Shown here one piece after another: positions 17,047-26,492 of a stretch of 64,000 bases of DNA. This DNA comes from a virus: positions 1 to 64,000 of IMG/VR virus record IMGVR_UViG_3300033121_000981; one strand, 5' to 3'. The position numbers and the translations under genes were made by a program. A model generated the notes under the pieces. The model was not told the DNA's origin, did not search any database, and saw nothing but the letters and a program-made list of their open reading frames with translations. Numbering within the stretch: position 1 is the first letter of the stretch; the number at the start of each line of letters is the position of its first letter.

Positions 17047-18039
17047 ATGAAGGGTACTATTAGAACTATGACAACATTTAAACCATATCCAAGTATTTCA
17101 CAATTCAGAAATGTTATTAAAAGGGTTGTAGATCAGGCTCAGTTTGTAGCAATAGCACCGCCAACACTTACATACAAAGGTACCGTAAAGCTACACGGAA
17201 CTAATGCCTGCATTCATAAAAGTAAACAAGGAGAATATTCTTTTCAATCAAGGAATAGACTTATTACTAAAGAATATGATAATTGTGGATTTGTTCATGA
17301 AATGTCTCAGAAACCTTTAAAGGAATTGTTTAAAGGTTTTGATGGAAAAGATGTTTACATATATGGAGAGTGGTGCGGAACAGGTATCCAAAAGAACGTA
17401 GCTATTTCACAGCTACCTAAAATGTTTGTAGTTTTTGAAGTAATTGTGGACGGTGTTAAACTTGTACAAATTGAAAATATTAAACTTCCAGAACATAGAA
17501 TTTTTAATGTAAATCAATTCCAAACATTTACCCTTGATATTGATTTTAACAATCCACAAAAGGTTCAAAATAAGTTGATTGAAATAACTACTCAAGTGGA
17601 ATCTAAATGCCCTGTAGCAGCTTTCTTTGGTGTAGAAGGGATTGGTGAAGGTGTTGTGTGGAGTCTTGCTGAAAGTTGCAGTAATTTTAAAATAGGTGAC
17701 AGCGAATTAACTTTCAAAGTGAAGGGAGAGGAACATTCAACAACTAAAGTAAAAACATTAGCTGCGGTTGATGTAGAACTTTTAAATTCTATTGCAGATT
17801 TTATTGATACTGCAGTTACAGAGCAAAGATTACAACAAGCTATCTCTTATATGAAAGAAATGCAGATTAGTATTGACAGTAAAAATACTGGAGAGTTTGT
17901 AAGGTGGGTTTATAGAGATATTATGAAGGAAGAGTCAGATGTGATTGATAGCTCAAACTTAGATACTAAAACGTTAGGATTTCATATTAGTAAACATGCT
18001 AAGTTTTGGTTCTTTAAATATTTGGAGCAAAGTAAATGA
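17047..18039 (+). CDS. RNA ligase 2 (T4 Rnl2-like)
   Basis: motif I KLHGTN, GEWCGTGIQKNV matches T4 Rnl2 GEFAGPGIQKNV; 330 aa against 334 aa. Confidence 0.85.
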   Translation: MKGTIRTMTTFKPYPSISQFRNVIKRVVDQAQFVAIAPPTLTYKGTVKLHGTNACIHKSKQGEYSFQSRNRLITKEYDNCGFVHEMSQKPLKELFKGFDGKDVYIYGEWCGTGIQKNVAISQLPKMFVVFEVIVDGVKLVQIENIKLPEHRIFNVNQFQTFTLDIDFNNPQKVQNKLIEITTQVESKCPVAAFFGVEGIGEGVVWSLAESCSNFKIGDSELTFKVKGEEHSTTKVKTLAAVDVELLNSIADFIDTAVTEQRLQQAISYMKEMQISIDSKNTGEFVRWVYRDIMKEESDVIDSSNLDTKTLGFHISKHAKFWFFKYLEQSK

Positions 18040-18437
18040 CAACACTATACAAAAAAGAAATACGTGGCAAAAGTGTACGCTATATTCCTTTTAAGGAATA
18101 CGATGAAGCTCTGGTAAGTTCTTTGCCCGAAGGGTATCATTTAGTTTGCGTGACTCCTGGCTTTAGAAGTACCCTCCATAATGTAAATCCCGATTATGCT
18201 TCTTTATTGGCTGTTGGACGCTCTAAAGCGCTTGATGTACTGGTAGAGGCACTTCTATCTGCTTCTGAACTACACCCTAGAAAACCTTTGACAGATGTAC
18301 AAATGGAAGCTTATAATAGATTTGTAGATACAATGCCAGAAGATAAGTATTATTTGGAATATAATAGTTATTACAATATTGCAGAAGCTGGACTAAACGC
18401 TCTTATTGATGAGGCTAGGAAACTGAAAGAAAAATAA
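18036..18437 (+). CDS. hypothetical protein
   Basis: ORF track. Confidence 0.55.
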   Translation: MTTLYKKEIRGKSVRYIPFKEYDEALVSSLPEGYHLVCVTPGFRSTLHNVNPDYASLLAVGRSKALDVLVEALLSASELHPRKPLTDVQMEAYNRFVDTMPEDKYYLEYNSYYNIAEAGLNALIDEARKLKEK

Positions 18438-18457
18438 TAGTTTTTGAAGGATAATTT

Positions 18458-18829
18458 ATGGAAAAATCTAAATATGAATTCCACTACCCAAATGGTGAAT
18501 TAGCTGGACGAATTAATGCTGGATTAATTGAAAGTAAAAGAATTGGTGACTACACTCTAAAAGAGATTATCAGAATTCATGAACATAAACTAATTATTCA
18601 TGAAGATATTGAAAAAGAAACTGACTTAGCAATGTTACCTCATTATGCTAAGATGCTTACACATTATGAAAGAAAGCTACAAGTATTGTGGGGTTTTCCT
18701 GTAGATAATAGATTTCATCGTTTCTGGAACACACCAAGATGTGCATGCCCTAAACTAGATAATGAAGATAGGTACCCTCATGGGTATTACATCCGTAATT
18801 CAGAATGCCCTTTACATAAAGATGAATAA
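18458..18829 (+). CDS. hypothetical protein with C-terminal Cys/His cluster
   Basis: CxCP...CPLH. Confidence 0.55.
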   Translation: MEKSKYEFHYPNGELAGRINAGLIESKRIGDYTLKEIIRIHEHKLIIHEDIEKETDLAMLPHYAKMLTHYERKLQVLWGFPVDNRFHRFWNTPRCACPKLDNEDRYPHGYYIRNSECPLHKDE

Positions 18830-19259
18830 AAAATTTACCCTCTTTTTAATCTTAATATTAGTATCTTCAAATACACTTTCTAAGTCGCATAAAAAGAAGA
18901 TGTATTCTGAAGAACAATGTTTGGTTTCTGCCATTATTTATGAAGCAGGAGGGGAGGGTATTAAAGGTATGAAAAGTGTTCTGCAAGTTATTCGTAATCG
19001 TGCTAGAATACGTAAGCTATCTGTATGCCAAGTAGTTTTTGAGCCTAAACAATTTAGTTGGGTTGGTAAGAAAAAGATAGTTAAAAAACTTACAGAAGAA
19101 AACTTAGAGTTGTTGAGTATAGTAGAAGAAATGCCAGATTTGTTTGGTAAAAATTCAGATAAAATAGAATACTTTCACTCAACTAAAATAAACCCAAAAT
19201 GGACCAAAACTCTTAGCTATGTAGGAAAGATTGGTAAACATAGATTTTACAAAAGATAG
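18822..19259 (+). CDS. secreted cell-wall hydrolase domain protein (SleB / Hydrolase_2-like)
   Basis: signal peptide MNKKFTLFLILILV; IIYEAGGEGIKGMKSVLQVIRNR resembles the SleB-family core motif. Confidence 0.6.
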   Translation: MNKKFTLFLILILVSSNTLSKSHKKKMYSEEQCLVSAIIYEAGGEGIKGMKSVLQVIRNRARIRKLSVCQVVFEPKQFSWVGKKKIVKKLTEENLELLSIVEEMPDLFGKNSDKIEYFHSTKINPKWTKTLSYVGKIGKHRFYKR

Positions 19260-19348
19260 ATGAATTAGAGAAACAAATTAAACACTTTGAAAGGTAATAA
19301 AATGACTAAAACAACCGTTGAAATTATCACTTACGAATACTAAAGTTT

Positions 19349-19603
19349 ATGGATTATTGGAAAGATAAGTATTGTGAAGTTTGTGGAGCTGGTGCTGTAA
19401 TTCGTTCTGCTATTGGGCATGCATGTCCTAGATTATGGTGCTGGGAAATATTAGAACGCGCTTATGATAAGAAAAGAGCAGATGCTGAAAAAGAAGCCAC
19501 TTTATTTGGTTTTAGAAAAACTGGTGGTGCATGGGATGATGCAGTAAACAGGGCGATGATAGGGTATAAGTATAATAATAATAATTTACAGAAAAGAGTT
19601 TGA
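19349..19603 (+). CDS. small CxxC protein (paralog of 19713)
   Basis: shared N-terminal CEVCG motif. Confidence 0.45.
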   Translation: MDYWKDKYCEVCGAGAVIRSAIGHACPRLWCWEILERAYDKKRADAEKEATLFGFRKTGGAWDDAVNRAMIGYKYNNNNLQKRV

Positions 19604-19712
19604 TTCTTATTTATGTGCTTTAATACATCTTCGTAACGTTATGGTACTTGGAAAATATTAGTTATATAAATGCTGTTTAAAACAGACTCCTATAATTTAA
19701 TTTAAACATATT

Positions 19713-19946
19713 ATGAATCCATCTCTATCATTAAAAGTTTGTGAAGTTTGCGGTGATAATGTTGAACGTTATTATGTTTCAGGTTTTCAATGTCATAAAA
19801 GTGAGTGCGCAAACATATTACAATTTAAATATAGCAAAGAATATTTAAAAGGTTACTTAGAAGCAAATAATATAGGTTATAAGTTATTTTCAATACAGGA
19901 TAAACTTAGAGAAGATTGCAAGTTATGTGAGATAAATAATGTATAA
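19713..19946 (+). CDS. small CxxC zinc-ribbon-like protein
   Basis: CEVCG...C...C...CKLC. Confidence 0.45.
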   Translation: MNPSLSLKVCEVCGDNVERYYVSGFQCHKSECANILQFKYSKEYLKGYLEANNIGYKLFSIQDKLREDCKLCEINNV

Positions 19947-20125
19947 TAAAGAACAAACACAAGAGAAAAAGCTGTTAGCTTTTAAATTAGAACTAACAGA
20001 AGTAGCTTCTCTAAGTCAACCAGCAATTTATCATACAATTGAGATGACTTATTGTAATCAAGATGATATTAGGTTATTGGTTGATAAACTATTATGTAGT
20101 TTGAATTAAATTTTAAGGAAAATAA

Positions 20126-20440
20126 ATGAGCATTGAATACAGTAATTGTATTATGTACGGAAAAGAATTCCCATCTTTTGATGCAGCTTGTGATTATCTT
20201 TATAAAGAGGGCCTGCTTACTGATAGTGAATACACTAAAGCAATATATTATAGAGGAATTGATAATATTGATTGTATTTGTAAGAATAGTTATACAGATG
20301 ATGGGGTGGTTATAGGGCAAATATTTACAGCATCAGAGTTGTTTGACTTTTCAAAAAATCTTTTGAGTAAATTTACAAATTATACTGATACAAAATTAGG
20401 GGCTGGTTGCAGAATTCACGAATTTGTAAGAGTTTGGTAG
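20126..20440 (+). CDS. hypothetical protein
   Basis: ORF track. Confidence 0.5.
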   Translation: MSIEYSNCIMYGKEFPSFDAACDYLYKEGLLTDSEYTKAIYYRGIDNIDCICKNSYTDDGVVIGQIFTASELFDFSKNLLSKFTNYTDTKLGAGCRIHEFVRVW

Positions 20441-20450
20441 AAAGAATAGC

Positions 20451-20909
20451 ATGAAAACTAAAGAAATTAAAACAGCAAAGTATTTAGGATATTCTTATAA
20501 TTGTTTGACAAAAAATAGAGTGTACAAAGTTTTGAATGAGACTATAGATGGAAAATACGTTATTTTTAATGATGCAAATCATATAGTATTATCAGATATA
20601 GCTAATTTTATAACACAAATAGAAAAAGTACCTATCTTAGAGGTAGAACTGAAAACAGGTAACATGGGTTTTAGATTTGGAATAGCGTACAACGTTATTT
20701 ATGAAGAAGATAAATTTTATGCAGTGTCTGACGATTATGGGTGTTATAGAAGGGTTTCAAAAGATTATTTTGTAAAGAAGAAAACATATTCTGCACAAAT
20801 TTCTATTTTTGATAGTAAACGCCCTGGTTCGTTCTGTTTAGAAAACTTATCAAAGAGTGATTTAATAGAGGCAGCAACAGAATATCTTAATTCAGAATTG
20901 GAAGATTAA
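20451..20909 (+). CDS. hypothetical protein
   Basis: ORF track. Confidence 0.55.
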   Translation: MKTKEIKTAKYLGYSYNCLTKNRVYKVLNETIDGKYVIFNDANHIVLSDIANFITQIEKVPILEVELKTGNMGFRFGIAYNVIYEEDKFYAVSDDYGCYRRVSKDYFVKKKTYSAQISIFDSKRPGSFCLENLSKSDLIEAATEYLNSELED

Positions 20910-21862
20910 TGTCAAAAATTATTGTAGAAGGTAAAGGTGGAATTTACGCTAAAGTATTAGCGGATAGTGTTTCATCTGTCGGAGTTCGTCTTATGACATT
21001 TGAAGTTGAATTTCCAAGGTATATTCTTAGTGAATATAACACACACAGGATGTTTTCACGTAATGCCGCGTCAACTAGAGCCATTCCTATTCTCAAGATG
21101 CTAGAACAAATAGCAGAAAGTCCAGCTATGCCGATATATTATGGCAAGAATCAAACGGGAATGTCTGCAAAGGAAGAATTGTCAATAGAAGATGCTGAGA
21201 AATGTAAAACTATCATTGATGAGATGCGTCTTTATTGCACAGAAAAAGTTAAAGAGTTACATAGTATTGGATTACATAAACAACATGCTGGAAGATATAT
21301 TGAACCTTGGCAAATGGTAAAAGGTGTTGTGTCCTCTACAGAATGGGACAATTTCTTCTGGTTGCGTAACGATGAAGCAGCCCAACCAGAAATAAAAGAA
21401 CTAGCCCGTTGCATGCAAGAAGCTAAGAATCAGAGCATACCTGAAAAGTTATATCCTGGAGAATGGCACCTACCTTATATTGAAATTGATAAGGGCTGGT
21501 GTGGTAATTCTCGTACATATATGATTAAAGAGGATGCAGATGGAGACTACAAGCAACTTACACTAGAAGAAGCTATTATTGTAAGTTGTGCTAGATGCGC
21601 TGCGGTGAGTTTTCGTTCCACAAACTATAACTTAGAAAAATCAACCAATATTTATCAAAGATTGGTTGGGGATGAAAAAAAACATAGCAGTGCACTGGAG
21701 CATTGTGCCACTCCTGTATCAGGAAATGCCAGTTTGGATACAAACGGTGTGACAGCATTTCACAATATACTAGGTTTTATGTCTGGTAACTTATCCGGAT
21801 GGATACAGTACAGACAATTGATAGAGGGTCATACTTATTATGGTAACTTTAGCAGAAATTAA
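20909..21862 (+). CDS. thyX: flavin-dependent thymidylate synthase ThyX
   Basis: ThyX signature (T/R)HR-x7-S-xR: YNTHRMFSRNAASTRA. Confidence 0.8.
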   Translation: MSKIIVEGKGGIYAKVLADSVSSVGVRLMTFEVEFPRYILSEYNTHRMFSRNAASTRAIPILKMLEQIAESPAMPIYYGKNQTGMSAKEELSIEDAEKCKTIIDEMRLYCTEKVKELHSIGLHKQHAGRYIEPWQMVKGVVSSTEWDNFFWLRNDEAAQPEIKELARCMQEAKNQSIPEKLYPGEWHLPYIEIDKGWCGNSRTYMIKEDADGDYKQLTLEEAIIVSCARCAAVSFRSTNYNLEKSTNIYQRLVGDEKKHSSALEHCATPVSGNASLDTNGVTAFHNILGFMSGNLSGWIQYRQLIEGHTYYGNFSRN

Positions 21863-22415
21863 TAAAACTTTTTACTATTCTGAGGATAGTCCTAGCAAAC
21901 TTAAGTGGAAACTAGACAAATTTACTGGAGGTCATAGAAAAACACACTCCGTTGTTGCGGGAAGCAATGCTGGCGGTTTAAATCTACAAGGTTATTACGA
22001 GGTCAAACATAATGGGAAATCTTACAAATGTCATAGGTTAGTTTATATGTTAGTAAATAATACTATTTTAGATAAAGACGATCAAATAGATCATAAAGAT
22101 GGGGATAGATCAAACAATAGTAAAAACAATCTTTTAAAATCAAATGCAATCTTAAATTCTCGTAATAAGAGCTTAAGAAAATCTTCAAAAACTGGTGAAA
22201 CAGGGGTTTCTATTTCAACAAACGGGCGTGGGTATCTGTATGCAAAAGCCACTTGGCAGGAATTAAATGGTGAAGGTTGTTGGAAAACATTTTCTTTTTT
22301 GAAATATGGAAAAGATTTAGCTATAAAATTAGCAATAGAATGCAGGAAAGAAAATATGAATCGATTGCAAGAAACTGGAGCGGGTTATTCAGATCGTCAT
22401 CTAGGTTTGCAATGA
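21840..22415 (+). CDS. HNH homing endonuclease with AP2 domain
   Basis: HRLVYMLV...IDHKDGDRSNN (HNH) plus C-terminal AP2-like GVSISTNGRGYLYAKATW. Confidence 0.8.
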   Translation: MVTLAEINKTFYYSEDSPSKLKWKLDKFTGGHRKTHSVVAGSNAGGLNLQGYYEVKHNGKSYKCHRLVYMLVNNTILDKDDQIDHKDGDRSNNSKNNLLKSNAILNSRNKSLRKSSKTGETGVSISTNGRGYLYAKATWQELNGEGCWKTFSFLKYGKDLAIKLAIECRKENMNRLQETGAGYSDRHLGLQ

Positions 22416-22468
22416 CGTTATTTGGAGTGGAAATTTCAAAGGTTGGATTCAATATAGAAAGACATTGA

Positions 22469-22777
22469 ATGGAGAGAATTATAATGACAAGTAAAATAAC
22501 TAAAGTGACATTAACACAACTTAAAAATCTTTTGAAAGAAGCTGAAGAAAAAATTATAAATCTTGAACTTGCTTTGAAGAGTCAAAAAGAGTACAAAGAG
22601 ATGTATCAAAGAAACAATATTGAATTGGACAAACAAATTGAGAGTATCCATAGTGTACTTGATGTCTTACCTAGAGTAATAGCTAGGAAAACTGTACCTG
22701 ATGCAGATAGACCATATCATATTGTAGAGCATTCGGTAGTAACTCGTTTATGCTCTTTCCTAGCGGCTAAACAATAG
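22469..22777 (+). CDS. hypothetical coiled-coil protein
   Basis: ORF track. Confidence 0.5.
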   Translation: MERIIMTSKITKVTLTQLKNLLKEAEEKIINLELALKSQKEYKEMYQRNNIELDKQIESIHSVLDVLPRVIARKTVPDADRPYHIVEHSVVTRLCSFLAAKQ

Positions 22778-22779
22778 CC

Positions 22780-23214
22780 ATGAATGACAGAATAAAAGAA
22801 GTGAAAGCCGCTAGGAAAAGGGCTTTTTCGATGGGTGTATTACGAAACTATAAAAAAGAGTATGGTAATCATCCATTAGCGCCGATCATACATAATAATT
22901 TATTCTCTATAGACTGGAATTTTTATATTGAGGAAAAGATTGTTTATAGACAAAGTAAAACATTAAACTTAAAAGAGTTTTGCATTGCACGATATAAATA
23001 TAAAAGTACATGGGTTTGTTTTCGTAAAAGAAAAGAACGCTACAACGTACCTGACAATGATTTTTTATTAGCTGCCTACTGTATTCACATAATATCAAAA
23101 GTAATTAACGAATACTGCGATGAAAATATAATTAAAGGTGATGAGGGTGCTGAATATTGGCTTTGGAAATTTTCTCAACATGTAGATGCGCCCTGGGATT
23201 GGAGTAAATTATGA
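22780..23214 (+). CDS. hypothetical protein
   Basis: ORF track. Confidence 0.5.
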   Translation: MNDRIKEVKAARKRAFSMGVLRNYKKEYGNHPLAPIIHNNLFSIDWNFYIEEKIVYRQSKTLNLKEFCIARYKYKSTWVCFRKRKERYNVPDNDFLLAAYCIHIISKVINEYCDENIIKGDEGAEYWLWKFSQHVDAPWDWSKL

Positions 23215-23609
23215 AATTTATAACTAAAACACCAGAAGAATTAGTACAAATGGCTTTAGATATTACTGATGGTGACAAGTACGCAAGAGTTCTTGTATTT
23301 GCAGATAATCAATATGATTATTCAATAGAAACATTTAGACATCGGCCTGGTGTTTACACTAAAATATTAAGACGCTATACTTCTCAATCTGGTGGAACAG
23401 TATCTTTTGGGCGACATTGTAAATCAGATGAGGATGTACTCATGTATTCTGGAATCCAATTGACTCATCTGTTTCTTATTGATAATATTACTGGTTTTGA
23501 CTATTTAGTGGCTAAAAGTAGGATGAGATCAACACACAAACTTGTAGTCCCATTAGGTATTTATAATGAATACGGAATTGAAACTTGGAACATTAAATAC
23601 TATGAATAA
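23211..23609 (+). CDS. hypothetical protein
   Basis: ORF track. Confidence 0.5.
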   Translation: MKFITKTPEELVQMALDITDGDKYARVLVFADNQYDYSIETFRHRPGVYTKILRRYTSQSGGTVSFGRHCKSDEDVLMYSGIQLTHLFLIDNITGFDYLVAKSRMRSTHKLVVPLGIYNEYGIETWNIKYYE

Positions 23610-23798
23610 TTGGACACTAAAAGAGCGTAGATTATTACATTTTCTAGCTTGTAGATTAAGATGTGCTAGACAATATCGCAGTAATGTAATAAAACAGCAA
23701 GATTTTATGTTAATAGGTGAAGCTGGCGGCACATAGTTTGAAGCGTGGAATAGCTTCCAACAAGCTAAACGGATTGTGTATTTTAATAAGGACATTTA

Positions 23799-25454
23799 AT
23801 GGGTTATGAAAAAGGGCATTACAAAATGGCTAATAAAGAAGAATTTGTGCCGAAAGAAACTGTAAAAGATATTTTAACATATCCTTTCAAAGACATCCCT
23901 TTCAGAGGTTTGCGAAAAGAAACCTGCGAGAAGTTTGGTGTTCGTGTAGCTGTTAGTGAATCTGATGGTAAAACAATTGAGTCGGTATATTTCCCTTCAT
24001 TTAATCAAAAAGGTAAGATTGTTGGTTTTAAGAAACAAGATTGTACTAAAGATAAAAGTGAGAAATATCATTGGTCTACTATTGGTAGTGTTTCTATTTC
24101 CAATAAATTGTTTGGACAGGAAGTTGCTGAAAATGTGAAGCGTAAAAGAAACTCCCTTGTATATGTGGAAGGTGAGTATGATGCAATGTCTTGCTATCAA
24201 GCTATGGTTGACCAAGTGCAGAATACGAAGTACGCTAACCTTGAACCATTTGTTGTCAGTATTCCTTTAGGTACAGCTAATGCTGTAGAAGCTACGCTGC
24301 ACAATAACGAGTTTGTGCAAAGCTTTGATTCTCTATGTATATTCTTTGATGACGATTATTGTACCCCTGCTGAGAAGCAAAAAGGTATAATGAAGGGGCA
24401 TGAAGCTCGTGAAGCTGTAGCTTCTGCTATGCTTGGTACAAACATGTCTTTGTTTGTTCTCACGACAGAGGGAAGTTATAAAGATGCTTCTGATATGTTA
24501 CAAGATGGAAAATCTGAAGAGTTAGCTAAATTAGTGCAATTTGGTAAGAGAGCTTTCTCAGCAGAAAAGATTGTTAAAGCTAGTGATATTAGTTTAGAGG
24601 AAGTAATAGCTCCTAGGCCAGAAGGTATCTATGTTAAAGAATTTCCTAAGCTGATGGAAAAGATACATGGCTTCAGAAAGCGTGAGTTAGTATTATTGAC
24701 AAGCCCATCCGGTGTAGGTAAATCTACTGTTGTTTCTAAGTTTTCTTCAGCTATTATGCAAGCTGGGGAGCGTGTTGGGATGATTTATTTAGAAGAAACA
24801 AACATTGAGACAATGCAACGTATGATTGCAGGAGAGCTGAAAGTTAATTTTAATAAATTCCGTAATAATCCATTATCTGTAGCTTCTCATGAAGCAATTG
24901 CAGCAGCTAAGAAGAAGATTGATGATAATGACCAATTAATTATGCTAGGACATTTTGGTAGCTTGCCTATTTCAGAATTAATGGCTAAAATTAAACATAT
25001 GCACTTAGTGGAGAAATGCGGATATATCTTTATCGATCATTTGTCTGTAGTAATTAGCGGCTCTCAAATTGATAATGAACGTAAAGAGCTTGATATTGTG
25101 ATGACAGAATTGGCTGCCTTCTGTGCCTCTAATGATGTAGGGATTATTGCCATTTCACATATTAAGCGTTTAGAAGCTTCTGATTTAAAACCTGCTAAGG
25201 GTAAAGAAGATCAACCATTTTGGGTAAAAGTTACTAAAGAAATGATGCGCGGTAGCGCTGCATTAGAACAGCTTAGTTGGATTGTAATTGGACTTGAACC
25301 TGAGATATTACCAGATAGGAAACGTGGCAGGGTGAGGCTTACAAGCCTTAAGAATCGACCTTGGAGCTATCTAGGAGAAGCTGATACATTTAAGATGGAT
25401 GAAGAGACGTGGGAAGTTATTTTATCTGTTTCTGATAATGATGGGAGTTTTTGA
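23799..25454 (+). CDS. primase-helicase (T7 gp4-like: Toprim plus DnaB-family helicase)
   Basis: Toprim EGEYDAMS; Walker A SPSGVGKST; Walker B IFIDHLS; 551 aa. Confidence 0.85.
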   Translation: MGYEKGHYKMANKEEFVPKETVKDILTYPFKDIPFRGLRKETCEKFGVRVAVSESDGKTIESVYFPSFNQKGKIVGFKKQDCTKDKSEKYHWSTIGSVSISNKLFGQEVAENVKRKRNSLVYVEGEYDAMSCYQAMVDQVQNTKYANLEPFVVSIPLGTANAVEATLHNNEFVQSFDSLCIFFDDDYCTPAEKQKGIMKGHEAREAVASAMLGTNMSLFVLTTEGSYKDASDMLQDGKSEELAKLVQFGKRAFSAEKIVKASDISLEEVIAPRPEGIYVKEFPKLMEKIHGFRKRELVLLTSPSGVGKSTVVSKFSSAIMQAGERVGMIYLEETNIETMQRMIAGELKVNFNKFRNNPLSVASHEAIAAAKKKIDDNDQLIMLGHFGSLPISELMAKIKHMHLVEKCGYIFIDHLSVVISGSQIDNERKELDIVMTELAAFCASNDVGIIAISHIKRLEASDLKPAKGKEDQPFWVKVTKEMMRGSAALEQLSWIVIGLEPEILPDRKRGRVRLTSLKNRPWSYLGEADTFKMDEETWEVILSVSDNDGSF

Positions 25455-25951
25455 TTATGCTTGAATTGTTTGGAAGAAAAATAAAACCAACTAAATTAAC
25501 AGTGATTACAGGTGTTACTAGTCAAGAGTTCTTCAGAGAACTTCATAATAGCAATTCAAGCCCGCCACTTTTTAAATATTTTGGTACAGATATACATAGA
25601 ACTCCTTCGGAACAGAGGAAACTCGCAAAAGATATAGTTCAATGTATTAAAGAGGGTGTAGATAATAGTATAATGTTAATCACAAATAGTGATCACTGTA
25701 TAAAAGAGTTAAACACATATATTATGATACAATCTCTGAACCAGGATATTTCCGAGAAGTATCCAGAATACCCAACAGGATGTGGGCTGGATTACAAACT
25801 TGTTTCTGCCTATGAAATGTTTAATGGTGAATTAGTCGCTTGTGAAATTAATGAAAATATGGGTATAGAGGTAAAAAGTTTTAACAAGGAAATTGATTAT
25901 CAAAACGAGGTTAGTAGCCATATTTATTACGGAAGGGAAGGGTGGTATTGA
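25451..25951 (+). CDS. hypothetical protein
   Basis: ORF track; ATGA overlap with the helicase. Confidence 0.55.
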   Translation: MIMLELFGRKIKPTKLTVITGVTSQEFFRELHNSNSSPPLFKYFGTDIHRTPSEQRKLAKDIVQCIKEGVDNSIMLITNSDHCIKELNTYIMIQSLNQDISEKYPEYPTGCGLDYKLVSAYEMFNGELVACEINENMGIEVKSFNKEIDYQNEVSSHIYYGREGWY

Positions 25952-26295
25952 TGAGTAAAGTATTTGAAAGATTAAACTTTAATTTGTTGGCTGACTTAGG
26001 GAATAAATCTAAGCAAGAAATTATTACATATCTGGATAATATACCAGGTGACTATTTCTTACGAGTAGATGACTATGGTGAAATTTACATTGAATCTGTA
26101 AGGGAAGAAAAACCTTTTGAGAGAGAACGCCGCGTTAAGCTAGAAAAGCTGGAAGCTGAAGCCAAAGATGCTAGAGACAAGCAAGATAAACTTGACACTA
26201 TTAAAAATTTGAAAGATACTCTTAATAAATTAGAATCAGATTTTAATAGAAATCGTACTAATCTTCTTAGTAAATTAGCGAGGTTAGAAACGTGA
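25942..26295 (+). CDS. hypothetical coiled-coil protein
   Basis: ORF track. Confidence 0.5.
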   Translation: MVLMSKVFERLNFNLLADLGNKSKQEIITYLDNIPGDYFLRVDDYGEIYIESVREEKPFERERRVKLEKLEAEAKDARDKQDKLDTIKNLKDTLNKLESDFNRNRTNLLSKLARLET

Positions 26296-26483
26296 AACAT
26301 TTCTTTATACTAACTATGTTTTTGTTTTCGTGCTATTATATTTGGTATTATTGTGAGCACCATAATAAAGTATTGTTTTTAATGAAAGTAATAAATCAAA
26401 TATGTAAATTTGGTGCTATACTATGTGTAGTAGTTTTTATCTTGTTGTTATCTGTTAATTTAAAATCATTATCAATTGTTTAA
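26292..26483 (+). CDS. small two-TM membrane protein (possible NfeD-like partner of the SPFH protein)
   Basis: two hydrophobic segments; sits immediately upstream of the SPFH gene. Confidence 0.45.
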   Translation: MKHFFILTMFLFSCYYIWYYCEHHNKVLFLMKVINQICKFGAILCVVVFILLLSVNLKSLSIV

Positions 26484-26492
26484 AGGAAATTT

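Noticed and set aside
20909-22415. Possible group I intron in thyX associated with the HNH gene
   Set aside because: thyX reads as one uninterrupted ORF with its signature motif; the HNH ORF starts at its 3' end as a free-standing gene.
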